A DNA stretch of 64,000 nt from contig NC_134026.1 of the NCBI RefSeq assembly GCF_964204645.1, positions 12,175,950 through 12,239,949 of the forward strand, in the 5' to 3' direction. Shown in pieces: positions 1 to 11,770 of this stretch. The position numbers were made by a program, and so were the translations under genes. The notes beneath the pieces were generated by a model. It made no database searches. It was not told where the DNA came from and saw nothing but the letters and a program-made list of their open reading frames with translations. How positions within the stretch are numbered: the stretch's first letter is position 1; the number at the start of each line of letters is the position of its first letter. Source of the DNA: Tubulanus polymorphus. Taxonomy: Eukaryota; Animalia; Nemertea.

Positions 1-161
1 TTAACTAGAATCGCAGTAGTTGAGTATTTAGGCAGTCAAGGTCAATAAATTTAGGCTAATTTTCATTCAACTCTCGCCTCATTAGAAGAAGCTTTTTCAA
101 TCGGTCATAGCTACGAAGGTTTGTCTTGAAACCCATATTTTCGAGTTCAGATTTTATTCCA

Positions 162-2583
162 GCTACAGTGTCACACCCTCTGTGACAAGCACTGTACTTT
201 CAATTTCGTCCGAAATTTTTGATTTCTTTCGTTTCGCCCGTTCAGCTTTTTCAGTGCACCAGTACTTTTCATTTCTCTTAACATAAGCTCTCTTATTACG
301 GGCATGACCTTGACCGGCTAAATACTCAACTCATTTTATAACAATTAGGGCATCAGTTGGCCCATCCGCTCTGTTACACTTCTGGAGATGAATTCTCTTG
401 AGAATATCATTAACCTTTTCAATGCCCTGGCCACTATAAGAACACAAAGAACTAAAATTGGATAACATATACGGCACATGATACAGCATGATATGCATAT
501 AAGGAGTAATGTTGCTTTTCTTAAAACCTTTTCTTTTGGCTCCTAAATCTAAAAATGCTTCAATCCAAGTTTTAGCTCGGTCAAAAGCTGCTGTACAACT
601 ACAAGACCGGGAATCAAAATAGCTAATGAGATTATGTAATTTCATGAAATCGCCCCATAACTTTAACATTGCTAATTTTGTATCTTCATGTACAACATCA
701 CTTTCACTCTGCAGTAATAAAGGAAGCTGGGTCAACAGCTTTTTCATATCACCTCCTGTTAGGGATGACCATTCGACCTGTCCAAGACCTTTATTAGTTA
801 CTGGGTCTCTCTTTTCCCAGATATTGAAGCATATACCACATTGTCTGATCAAAAAGCACAGTTTTTTCAACCTGGAACCGATAGGTGATTGACTTTCGCT
901 ATTGATTCCATGAAACGTATCATGATCATCAGAATCCCGGACATCAGTTATAATGTTCCTTAACAAAATATCCCCTATTCTTAACAAAAGATGAAGTTCA
1001 TCAACGAGAATGTTTCTAGGTTCACTTTTGAAAATTGGAAGCTCCTGAAGGCCATTATTTAGGGCCAGTGCGTCTGGTGTCATATCCGAGTATGTTCTTT
1101 TCATAGGTGTTCTAGAATAGTTATCCCAGGGCTTAGAAACATCATTTAGATTTTCATTCCTAACACTGCACCAAGGACAGCACTGTGTGGCGGTGGATCC
1201 CTTTAGCCCACACAGAATTTGTAGAAACTTAAGATCAGAACCCAAAACAATGTGGACATAATATTTTTGGTCTCCAATAAGGATGAACCCAGAATCTATA
1301 ATACAGTTAATTTCATCAATCAAAGTTCTGAATCCACTTTTGATGAGGTCATACGACTCGCCTCCCTTTATGATACTAAAAACAGATGGGATGCCAGGTT
1401 TTGCGCCAGTATTCAAAATGGACATGGACAGATACTTTTGACATTTCACTGGGACACTTTTGACATTTTCGCTCCATCGCCGCCAATTTTCACTTTTACA
1501 CATGGTTGGTTTTTTCCACCAAGTTTAATCAACTCTATGAGTTGCATTTTGAAACTAATGTATGCACCAGGTTTGCCATTTTCACACCTTTGAATATCAA
1601 TGGTAAAATATTGACGACAATCAATTACCTGGGATTTAGGCCGTAAAGTATTTCCAGAGTACACACACAACTCATGATATGCTTCATCTGAAACATAAAA
1701 TGAGTCTAAGATATACAATAGATCTTTCACTTTATCTTTTTCGGATTCACACAGCTTTTCATAGCAAGAATACTTCCGAACAGCAAAATCAGATTGAGGA
1801 GAAACATTGATCACAACATTTTCTTTGTCATTACTTGAGATAAACTGCAAGCTTTCAGGTAATAGACCAAAAATTCTCTGCAAACCATAATGCTTTTTTA
1901 CTTTGTGAGGCTAACGTTTTCAATTTACGAGATTTTTGGTGACTACCTACTTCGTGGTATTACTTTCCCAAATTAACTTTTGCTGGTGTTTGCATTATCG
2001 AATTCAGCTCGTTGTTAACTTCAGTCAATGCTGTGATTTTAGAATTTTTTTCGTCTAACTTACATAAGAGAGATTCCTGCTTCTGAATCTCATCCATTAA
2101 CTGGGAATACAGAGTTTGGTAGCGCGCATCAAGCGAGGCATTCTGTTTTGTCAGAGATACATTTGAAGTTAATAAATGTTTCTTCTCAGCACTAAGATCA
2201 AAAAAAGTTTCAGAAGAAAGTTCAAAAATGTCTTCTTTTTTGACAAACAAATCCCTTTCCTTTCTCTTAAAAGTAAGGAAGTTTCTACCATTCGATTTTC
2301 CTTTTTTACAGTCAGACGAAACTTTGGAACAGAGTTCTTGCAATCGCTTATTAAGACGACTACTGTTTTTCAACTTAACAAATCTTAATCCCTTATTTAC
2401 AATATCGATGTAAGTCATGAAACTCTTAGTACTTTTGTAACTTTTCAACTCTAAAATAAAACCTATTTGTAACGACAAAACTATTCCATAAACTTCATTG
2501 TCAGAATTATTTTTGGTGCTGATAGATACTTGATAGATGAAATCTAAATCATCCGTGTTTATAGCATCTTTAGAATTGGACAT
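162..2583 (-). pseudogene. RAG1/Transib-like DDE transposase, frameshifted (ORFs 1960-2583, 1446-1883, 331-1503 plus read-through tail)
   Basis: Motifs appear in RAG1-core order: VKVKIGGDG (D1), VLGSDLKFL...CCPWC (D2 plus CxxC), LVDELHLLLRI, TPYMHIMLYH (Zn His pair), GQGIEKVND (E). The basic tail RNKRAYVKRNEKYW continues past the stop at 331. Confidence 0.7.
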
Positions 2584-2585
2584 TT

Positions 2586-2990
2586 TTACAGAGTTTGTAA
2601 GTCACATGCAATGGACTCCGCTTTCAGTTGAATATACTCAGTTGGTTTCCTGCTCTCTTTCGTGATATTGTTATCACCAGTAACAATATATCGACCTCTT
2701 GAATGTCAAAACTGGACGGACCTTTATTGGAAAACATAATTTTGTCCCCTGTCCAAACTTATCAAGACAATAATACCAATAGTTTGGTAATGGCAGCAAT
2801 AGAAAATCATCTTGAGAGTACAACTTATGACCACCAGCTGAATCGGTACCTTTCCCATAGAATATGTGCCGATAAATATCTAGTCGAAATGGTATTCTCG
2901 CTGTTAGAATTCCTAGAATTTTGTATAAACATGATCCGCGAAGACATCCGCTGTATTCAACAAGTCAATCTGCTCAACAGGTGGGTCATC
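2586..2990 (-). pseudogene. Fragment of an accessory ORF directly upstream of the transposase
   Basis: Manual translation gives ...YSQDDFLLLPLPNYWYYCLDKFGQGTKLCFPIKVRPVLTF, then a frameshift; it ends TAAAAATG at the transposase start. Confidence 0.35.
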
Positions 2991-2991
2991 A

Positions 2992-3215
2992 TACCGTAAA
3001 TCGGGGTGACTTGAGACACTTTTTTGTGATTTATTTAAATACAGCTCGTGGACCTACTTACAATCCACCCAAATGATGATTATTTGAAAAATAATTGGTC
3101 CCTCTTCAGGTCTAGGCATGATGGAAAAATGTGTCTAATGATTTTCTCAATTTTTTTATTCAATAACAACTGTCTCATGTCACCCCTAGGTGAGGGGTGA
3201 CTCGAGACATACAGA
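2992..3215. mobile_element. Probable end of a Tc1/pogo-like non-autonomous DNA transposon
   Basis: TACCGTAAATCGGGGTGACTTGAGACA, with subterminal copies of the GGGGTGACnnGAGACA motif in both orientations at about 3171-3210. The partner TIR was not found. Confidence 0.4.
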
Positions 3216-3865
3216 AAGCTATGTTCTTTCCAAGGCCCTTCCGAAAAAATAATCAAAATATTAGTTGAAAAATCGTTTTTATTTCAAAATAAAACGTTGA
3301 ATGAAAAATTAAGTCGGGACTCTTTATTGTTTCAAACATTTAAGTAAATCATTAACATAGAACTCTCAAACGAAAATTAACTTATCATCGCTTGTCAGAC
3401 CTTGATTGGCGCACGCCAAATATCAAAGCAACACGAACCCTTGCTGCAAACCTTTCATTGGTCTTATTACACACCCCAAGATGTCTTGGGCGGACAGTTT
3501 AACGCTCAGTGCCCACCAGTCTATAAATCTAGCCAATAGTCCGTCGTATTTTACTGGCAGGTTTGCTCTATGAATAGCAGGCATCTGATTGGCTAGACTG
3601 GTGGGCGCTGAGTATTTATCTGTCGGCCTAAGAAATCTTGGACAATGTAATAGACCAATGAAGGGTCTGCGGCCGGGTGTATGTTGCTGTGATATTCGGC
3701 GGGCAGCAATCAAACGAAATGATTTGTCAGACTTGCTTATGAATGAGTAAAGTCTTTAGTTAACAACACCTTTCCATTAATTGATATCAGTAATTGGAAA
3801 AGTAGCCTTTCAGATCAGAGGTCGAGACACCACTCATCACCACAAATAATTTTTTTCCCTTATAA

Positions 3866-6680
3866 ATGGAGAATGAACAACAGCCAGAAAACAATAATGT
3901 CAATAAAAATCAATATTATTGCCAATATTGTAAAAAATACATCGATAAATCCCAAAAATCACGACATGAAAAATCTGCAAATCATATAAAAAATGGAATA
4001 GATTTTGAAACTCCAGAAAATTCCAATGAAAGAAAAGAACGATTAGATGATATGAATGTGGATGAAATAAAATGTGAAGTTTGTAATGAATTTATAGTAA
4101 AAAGGAATTATAATAGACATCTCGAATCACAAAAACACCATCAAAATTTGAGTAATAATGTTTTAGGAAAAGATTATTTCGATGATAAACCTCAAAAAGT
4201 AAAAAAAACCAACTTCAAAAACTAAATCCATTTCAAATAAACCTTACATGGAAAATGTTAGAAATTATATCGATACTCTTGAAATAAAAGATACAATTGA
4301 AATTTTAGAAACATTACATAGTAAAATTGGTCCTGCAGCTATTATATTTAGATTTTTTAAATGTACAACAATAGAAGATTATAGTAAATTTAATGAAATA
4401 ATAGAAAAAATACTAGATTTGATAACAGATGTTGAATATCCAAAAATTAGTATCTCTGGGAAAGTAAGTTTTATAAAGTCAGAAGAAAAAATGAATTATA
4501 ATATTCAAACACTCTCTGAAGAAATAATTTCAAAAACGCAAATAAAAGAGAAGTTAGAAAAAATATTTAATGAATTTAAACGTCATATTGAAGAAAGATA
4601 TTTTGAGGGTTCTGGCTTAACATTGAATGAAATTGTATATTTAGATTTAAATGTTTATAATACAAAAAGAAATAAAACATCAAAAAGTATTAAGATGTTT
4701 AAAAATGATTCAAACTTTACAACAGAAAAGGATATTAAAGCATCATCTTATATTAAATTACCATTTACAACAAAAGCAGTAATAAATATTCAAAATTAAG
4801 ATAATAAATGTTTTCTATGGTCAATTATTAGTTGCTTACATCCAACACAGGAAAATGTTTGTAGAATAACATATTACCGGAAATATGAAACATTATATAA
4901 AATTGATCAATATCCAGTAACTATAAAAATGATACCCAAAATAGAAAAAATTAATACTTCAAAAATAAATGTATTTGAATTAATGCAATTACCAAATACA
5001 AAAGGTGAAAATATTAAAGATTATACATTGGAAGCTTTATATTTAACAGAATATTATGATGATGAAAATGCTATAGATTTGTTATATTACAAAAAAGATG
5101 GAAATGAACATTATATGTGGTTAAAACAAATTGATTTATTCTTTAGAACAGAAAGTGATCACCATAATAAAATGTATCTATGTAGAAAATGTTTATCTAA
5201 ATTTATGACTGAGAATACATTATTAAAACATTAAGAATTATGTGATAATAAAGGTTTTTGTAAATTAATAATGCCAACAGAAAAAGATTATAAATTGAAA
5301 TTTACTAATCATAAATTTAAGAATATTGTTCCATTTGTAATTTATGGGGATTTTGAATCGTTGAATAAAGAATTAGCTGATCAAGATAGAAAATAAATAT
5401 ATAACAAAAAGCAATTATTAAAATCAATGGATAAAGGAAATGAATTAAATGAAGACACAATACAAGACCCACCAATTATAAATACAATTAAAAAAGTTCA
5501 TCAAAGAGCTGCTGCTTATGGAATTTACATAAAATCAAATTATCCTGAATTATATGAAAGTCAATATATTTCTTTTTGAGGTGAAGATGTAGTTAATAAT
5601 TTTTGTAACAAAATAATTGAATTAGAAAGTGATTTTGCAGAATTATTAAACAAAAATAAAAGAATAGTTATGACAAAAGAAGATGAAATTGATTTTAATT
5701 ATGCAACTCATTGTTGTTATTGTGAAAAACGTTTTTATTCATTTGATAAAAAAAGTTAGAGATCATGATCATTTAAATTCAAAATATCGTGGAGCTGCTC
5801 ATGAAGATTGTAATTTACAAGCTAAAAGAGTTAATTTCCTACCAATATTATTTCATAATTTATCAGGTTATGATACCCATCTATTTATAAAACAATTATC
5901 GGGAAAATTGGGCGCAATTAATCAAGAAATAGAAGAATATAATGCTGTGAATGGTGTAAATGTAAGAAAATATGATTTTAAAATATTAGCTAAAACCTCT
6001 GAAAATTATATTTCATTTCAATTTGGTTCCATTAGATTTTTAGATTCTTATAGATTTCTAGCAAGTTCATTAGATAATTTATCAAAAAGTTTAGTTGATA
6101 ATGATTTTATAATAACTCGATATTATTATCCAAATGAACAAGATTTTAAATTATTGAGATATAAAGGCGCAATACCTTACTCATTTTATAAAACGCATGA
6201 TGATTTCAAAGAAACAAAATTAATGAAAGAACAATTTTATGATCAATTAAAAAATGAGTACGTGAAAGATGAAGTGTTTAATAGAACATTAAATATTTGG
6301 AATTATTTCAAAAAAGAAAATCATAGGCAATTAGTAGATTCATATTTAAAATCAGATGTTATGATAATAGCCGATATATTTGAAAAATTTAGAGAAGTCA
6401 ATTTGAATCATTTTAATGTTGATCCCTGCTATTGCTACTCTAGTCCAGGTTTAACCTGGCAATGTGGTTTAAGATTTACAGATATAAAAATGGATTTGTT
6501 AACAAATATAGATATGGTTTTATTGTTTGAAAAATCTATTAGAGGTGGAATTAGTGGTGTTATGGGAGATAGATATTTTAAATCAAATGATGAATATAAA
6601 TTATTATATATTGACGCCAATAATTTATATGGTTGGGCAATGATGCAACCTCAACCATATAAAAATTTTATATTAACAGT
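3866..6680 (+). pseudogene. polB: Polinton protein-primed PolB, N-terminal two thirds, disrupted
   Basis: C2H2 fingers, IYGDFES (ExoI), EndoVII-like VRDHDH...YRGAAHEDCNL, FHNLSGYD (ExoII), FLDSYRF, IRGGIS and LYIDANNLYGWAM (motif A). Several stops and frameshifts; truncated at about 6680. Confidence 0.93.
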
Positions 6681-7029
6681 ATTAAAAACAGGATATTTCA
6701 TATACAGGAACCGTCAGGAACATATAAAATATGTCATTTATAAGGCATATTCATCGCGGAACTTACCTAAAATTTCATAGATGCGTAAAATATCGTAAAA
6801 ACTCTATTCTTCAACCGATATCAAAAATTTTTTCACCGAGGAGTAGCTCTCGTGGGTGCAGCCATTGTGGTGCTAAATGCGCATGCGTGAGTTGTATACG
6901 TCATCTAAAAATTACCTAAATGGATTGCATTTAGTCGCAACGCGCGACGCTGCTATCCAGCTAGGTCGAATCCCGCACACCCGTAAATGAGTGATTGACG
7001 GCGTTACTGATCCAACCAGTGTGTAATAC

Positions 7030-8094
7030 ACTGATATAGGACGAGCTTCCTCCTGTTCAGATAATTGCTCGTAGTTCAGACGAACAAGTGTGGGTAAGTG
7101 AACTGTTGGGAGTGATGATTTACTTGGAGTCTCTTGAAGATTGGTCTGGGGGTTGGACTGGCGGCGATGGCACTTTGTGGCAGGATGATTTGCGTAGCAG
7201 ATGCGACACTTGTGTGCAAAGCTGCAGGTTTTTCTGTTGCACGAGTCAGGACTGTTGAAAGCGTAGCAGTACCTGGACCATCGGTTTTGTTGCGTACGAA
7301 ACAGCTTCTTCCCGTTTTGTATCGGAGCGCCTCGCGTCTTAGCCTCCATCCAAATCTCCCAGTTTATCGAATCCCATTTACTACTATCATTATTTGCCCG
7401 CAAAGCACGAAAGTTTTGATCGTAGAACGCCCAGTCCCCACCCTGGAGGGCCAAGTTCTGGACACTCCGACCATACTTGATAAGTGAGATCGCCGCGTCC
7501 ATATGTCGGCGCAGATAAACGGTGGAGAAAATCTCGAAAGCCTGTAGCCATTGGCTGATCGACTTTATAGCCGAAGCTTTGCTGGGAGCGATTGAAAGGG
7601 AGGGGATATGTTGCCCCGGAACTGGGACAACACTGAAAGCATAACTGCACTCAGGCTTTCGTAGCAAAATAGAGAAATCAACAAACTTCCCTGCCCAAAC
7701 AGATTGCTTGATCCTTTGTGGTACGAGGGCATCTAAGGCCATGGCTGATGATTGGAACTGATCAAAATCATTTGCTTGGGGGTCGTCTTGTACGTGAAAA
7801 CCTTGCCGCTCCGGATTAATTCCTCCACTATCAGACGACTGGCCGGATGCTTCTTCCTGAAGCACACGTTCTTCTCTTGATGGCTGAGTTGGATTAACCG
7901 GTGTGACCGGTACGAGGGATGCAGCCCGCTAACAGTGATTCGATGAGCTTGTCGACCCTAGTCTGCTTGTCTGCTAAATTTCTCAATGCATCGTCAGGTA
8001 TCGATGTGCTGGGCGGCTGACTGGGAGCTTTTCCCCTCGCTGAAGATTTGCGTCTTTTTGGCTTAGAGGTTATCTGCTGCGTTCGTCTTTTCAT
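7030..8094 (-). pseudogene. Gag/ORF1 of an Ngaro/DIRS-type tyrosine-recombinase retrotransposon, 3' truncated
   Basis: VWAGKFVDFSILL, QWLQAFEIF, WAFYDQNFR and a CYAFN..C..C.FAHKCRIC..NHPATKC Zn knuckle. The N-terminus lies in the frameshifted ORF 7894-8094. Confidence 0.8.
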
Positions 8095-8142
8095 TTACGT
8101 ATAATCGAAGAGAAAACGGGGTTTGCGCCATGTATGCCACTT

Positions 8143-8850
8143 TACCCGAAATGGACGACGGGTAATATTATGCTCGAAATAGACGCCGAACTATAATTAA
8201 TCATTTATTTACTATGTACCCGAAATAGACGACGGGTAGATATTATGCTCGAAATAGACGCCGAGCTACAATGAGTTATTTATTTTCAATTAATTATTTA
8301 TTTATTATGTACCCGAAATAGACAACGGGTAATATTATGCCCGAATTAGGTGACGAGCTACAATTAATTTTTATTTACTATGTACCCGAAATAGACGACG
8401 GGTAATATAATGCCCGAAATTGACGACGAGCTACAATTAATTATAGTATTTACTATGTACCCGAAAAAGACGACGGGTTATATTATGCCCGAAATAGACG
8501 ACGAGCTACAATTGATTATTTATCTACTATGTACCCGAAATAGACGACGGGTAATATTATGCCCGAAATAGACGACGAGCTACAATTAATTATTTATCTA
8601 CTATGTACCCGAAATAGACGACGGGTAATATTATGCCCGAAATAGACGACGAGCTTCAATTAATTATTCATCCACTATGTACCCGAAATAGACGACGGGT
8701 AATATTATGCCCTAAATATACGACGACCTACAATTAATTATATTATTTTCTATGTAGGCCTACCCGAAGTAGACAACGGGTTATGCTCGGGATAGAGACG
8801 ATGAACTATGATTTATATTATATTCAGCTAATACCCGAGATATACGACGG
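8143..8850. repeat. About 74-bp tandem repeat (about 10 units), two stem-loops per unit
   Basis: Unit TGTACCCGAAATAGACGACGGGTAATATTATGCCCGAAATAGACGACGAGCTACAATTAATTATTTATCTACTA; starts near 8143, 8217, 8310, 8383, 8458, 8532, 8606, 8680, 8761, 8832. Confidence 0.95.
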
Positions 8851-9167
8851 CAATCAATTATACTTATGCATCCAAGTTATGTTCGGCCCAACAATTGACG
8901 GCGGGCTGAACCAAAATAATGTAGTAATTGCTAAGATCTTTTTGCTCAAGCCGGCCGGTTGAAAAGGAAAATCACTGAAAATACTACTCTTTGTTACATG
9001 TGTGAACTTCAAAGATCAGTTCAAGTAAGGGTCAAGCAAACGTCTATACGGGCATAACATCTTCTGGGTCAACCTTACTATGATTGATTGATTGATGTGT
9101 TGTAAGGTAGGCCTATATAACGATGAGCTGTTCGGCATTATTTTATAGGTCAAACAGGAGTTTTCAA

Positions 9168-9770
9168 CTACAGACGTTTCGCTGCATTTACAATTGAACC
9201 ACGGATGCTTCTAAACAACTTAAGATTACCGGCATTATTGAAGTGGACACCGTCAGTCAAATACAAATGAAACCTGGAGTTCCATAAACCCCCGTGTCTC
9301 CAAGAAAATAATTGTTTGCATTCTTGACAAGCCGCTTTTAAGAAATTCCCTGGCTGGTGAACCCTCTTATTCCCCTCAATTTCGTTGAAATTTCGCTATT
9401 TTAACCTGCTTATGGGGTCACAAATATACACGATAGCACCTGTAACGTCGGTGACGTGCGTTGTAAATTGAAAAATTTTCATACCAATGAATGCCGGAGT
9501 TAAATCTCGGTCATTCAAATCATTCCCTCCAATCTGTAAAATCACAATATGCGGCATATCTATCGTTATGGATGAAGTAATACCCATGTCATGAAATTTA
9601 TCTATTGTGGCACCACCGATACCGATTAAAATGGGGGCAGCAATATCTATATCGGAAATACCCCAATCGGCCGTGAGGGAGGGGAGATTACCTGTGTTCT
9701 CCAACACAAACTCGCCCAAACGACGGATATAACTATGGCCAACATTAACAACTTTACGTGACATTTCCAC
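9168..9770 (-). pseudogene. SGNH hydrolase of the type carried by Ngaro retrotransposons
   Basis: Block I VGHSYIRRL, block III LQIGGNDL, and after a disruption WRHGGLWN...TDGVHFNNAG (block V), with a stop at 9168. Confidence 0.82.
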
Positions 9771-10619
9771 AACGGACGTTGAAAATATAATATTATGATG
9801 GAAGCATGCGAAACCGAAGGATTACAACCGATTTAAAACGAATAAAAAAATTCTTTACTACTTTTCGTTCTGTCCTGTTGTGGTGCAGAAGAAAGAAAGG
9901 CTTGACGTTTATTATCAGAATACAATTTACGTACCGGTAATATTTACAATAAGCATATTAGGGCAAACGCACCAGCTGTTTGACCTAATTAAATCAACAA
10001 GGAATTTAATGTTGACCTACTCGTTACCATGGCAACCCCATGATGGCAACTAGGCTAAGACAACAAATGGTTGTCATGGTAACGTATAAACTGAACGTTA
10101 CAAATCATAAAAAATGGGGGTATTACGCCACCAAGCCTTTCTAGTCGCAAAAAATGCGATGTGCAACCAGTCACATATCTTTGCTTTTCGGAAATTTTGC
10201 TCAAACAAATAGATAAAAAGGTCAACTTTCTATACGATATTGCCATGAGTCAAATAAAGTTAAATTTCAATGAGCAACCCAACTGCACATTACTCATTCA
10301 AATTGAACTAACTTTGAATCATTGGGAAAAAAGTTAGATGGATATATTGGGAGAGATTTTGATGATTCTCAAATCCAGCCAAGCACACTAAATGGACACA
10401 CTTCCTGCCAAACATCAAACATCAACATAAACATCAAGCACATATCCGAACCATTTTTTCTGCCATGATAAATATAGTTGCAAATCAGCAATAACAGGTT
10501 TCTGCACATCCTTGTTCGTATTCTTGATCTTGTCTGGATAATGTGTCGACCACGATCGCGTGTACCCGATGCAGCCAAACCATGCCATAAAAATGAAGGG
10601 AATTTAGAATCCTGTTCAA

Positions 10620-11060
10620 CCGTCAACACGGTTTTATAAAAGGACGGTCGATAAACAGTCAATTAGGCCTACTTTGAAACCATGGATGTCTGGACCAGAT
10701 AGTTATTTGACTCTGGAAAATCGACTGTTGGGACTATTAGTATTTATGGATTTCGAAAAAGCATTTAATTGATAATAAACAACATCAGCGATTAATAAAC
10801 AAGCTATTCGGAAACGGTATCAATTATGGGTCGTTTAAATGGCTTAGCAGATTTCTCTGAACGAAAGCAGGTGGCCGAAATCAAAGGAACTGTCTCATCT
10901 TGGAATAAATCGGTCTAACTAGTGGAGTCACACAAAGTAGTATCCTAAATCGACTTCTCTTCAATATCCTAATAGATGATATACAGAATAATTCAAAATG
11001 TACAGAGTATATTTCCAAAACGATCTTAACAAGCTGTGTTCTGTTCATGGTCAAAAAGTT
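10620..11060 (+). pseudogene. Highly decayed CR1/L2-group LINE reverse transcriptase fragment
   Basis: QHGFIKGRS, FMDFEKAF and SGVTQSSILNRLLFNILIDDI, matching the SGVPQGSVLGPLLF consensus. Confidence 0.7.
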
Positions 11061-11134
11061 GGGCTTCTAATCTACCTGAAAGGCATGATATGGATATTGG
11101 ATAACAAGAAAACCTAGGTTCAGATTATGCTTTT

Positions 11135-11385
11135 GTGTTCGAATGAGAAGATTATTTTGTTTGAATTAAGAATACTTATCATAACGAAGACCATCTTATT
11201 TCACCAAAATTTTGCTCTTTGGAACGAAAAACTCTTCGATCGAACAATATATCTGTTCGAACAAAAACGTAATGTTCTGCAGGAAATCTTGTTCAAATAA
11301 AAACAATTCTGTTTGATCGAACAATACGCCTTTTGTTCGAACGAAAACTTCTTCGTTCTGACAAAAAAATTTGTTTGAATAAAAA
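11135..11385. repeat. Degenerate short-period repeat with a TTGTTCGAAC core
   Basis: Recurrent gttcgaa/tttgaa cores at roughly 21-bp spacing. Confidence 0.5.
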
Positions 11386-11770
11386 GCATTAGAGAAAAAT
11401 ATTAAAGCAGTAGAAGAATATAGAGAAAAAAGACAAAATTATATGGTACATATTGATAAAGAATTACATTATCAAAATATTTCACACCGAGATTTTAAAT
11501 CAGTTGATGAAGCTATGAGTTTATATAATTCAGTAACAAATCGTGAACAATTACATCTATATAAACCAAATTATCAGATCATTACCCACCGAGTAAAAAA
11601 CAACAAAAATATGAAATAATTTGGATTTTAGGAGGAACAATTATTGTTATATTTGTTGCATATAAATTTACTAATTAGTAATTTTTTCACAACATAAATG
11701 GAAGATAAAATGGATGGCGTTAACAATATTCCTCATCATATAAATAAGACTAAATTGAAATCATATTAAG

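Noticed and set aside
3423-3840. Polinton terminus or gene upstream of polB
   Set aside because: No AGTAATAGGGG end or hairpin was seen, and the 96-aa ORF has no recognisable motif.
6680-7030. C-terminal extensions of ORFs 5683-6780 and 6912-7865
   Set aside because: These are read-through into unrelated repeat DNA after truncation of PolB and gag.
8143-8850. CRISPR array
   Set aside because: Inter-repeat segments are near-identical rather than unique spacers, there are no cas genes, and the context is a eukaryotic retroelement.
10020-10090. RFX-like GTTACCATGGCAAC regulatory site
   Set aside because: A common motif inside invertebrate repeats, with no host gene nearby.
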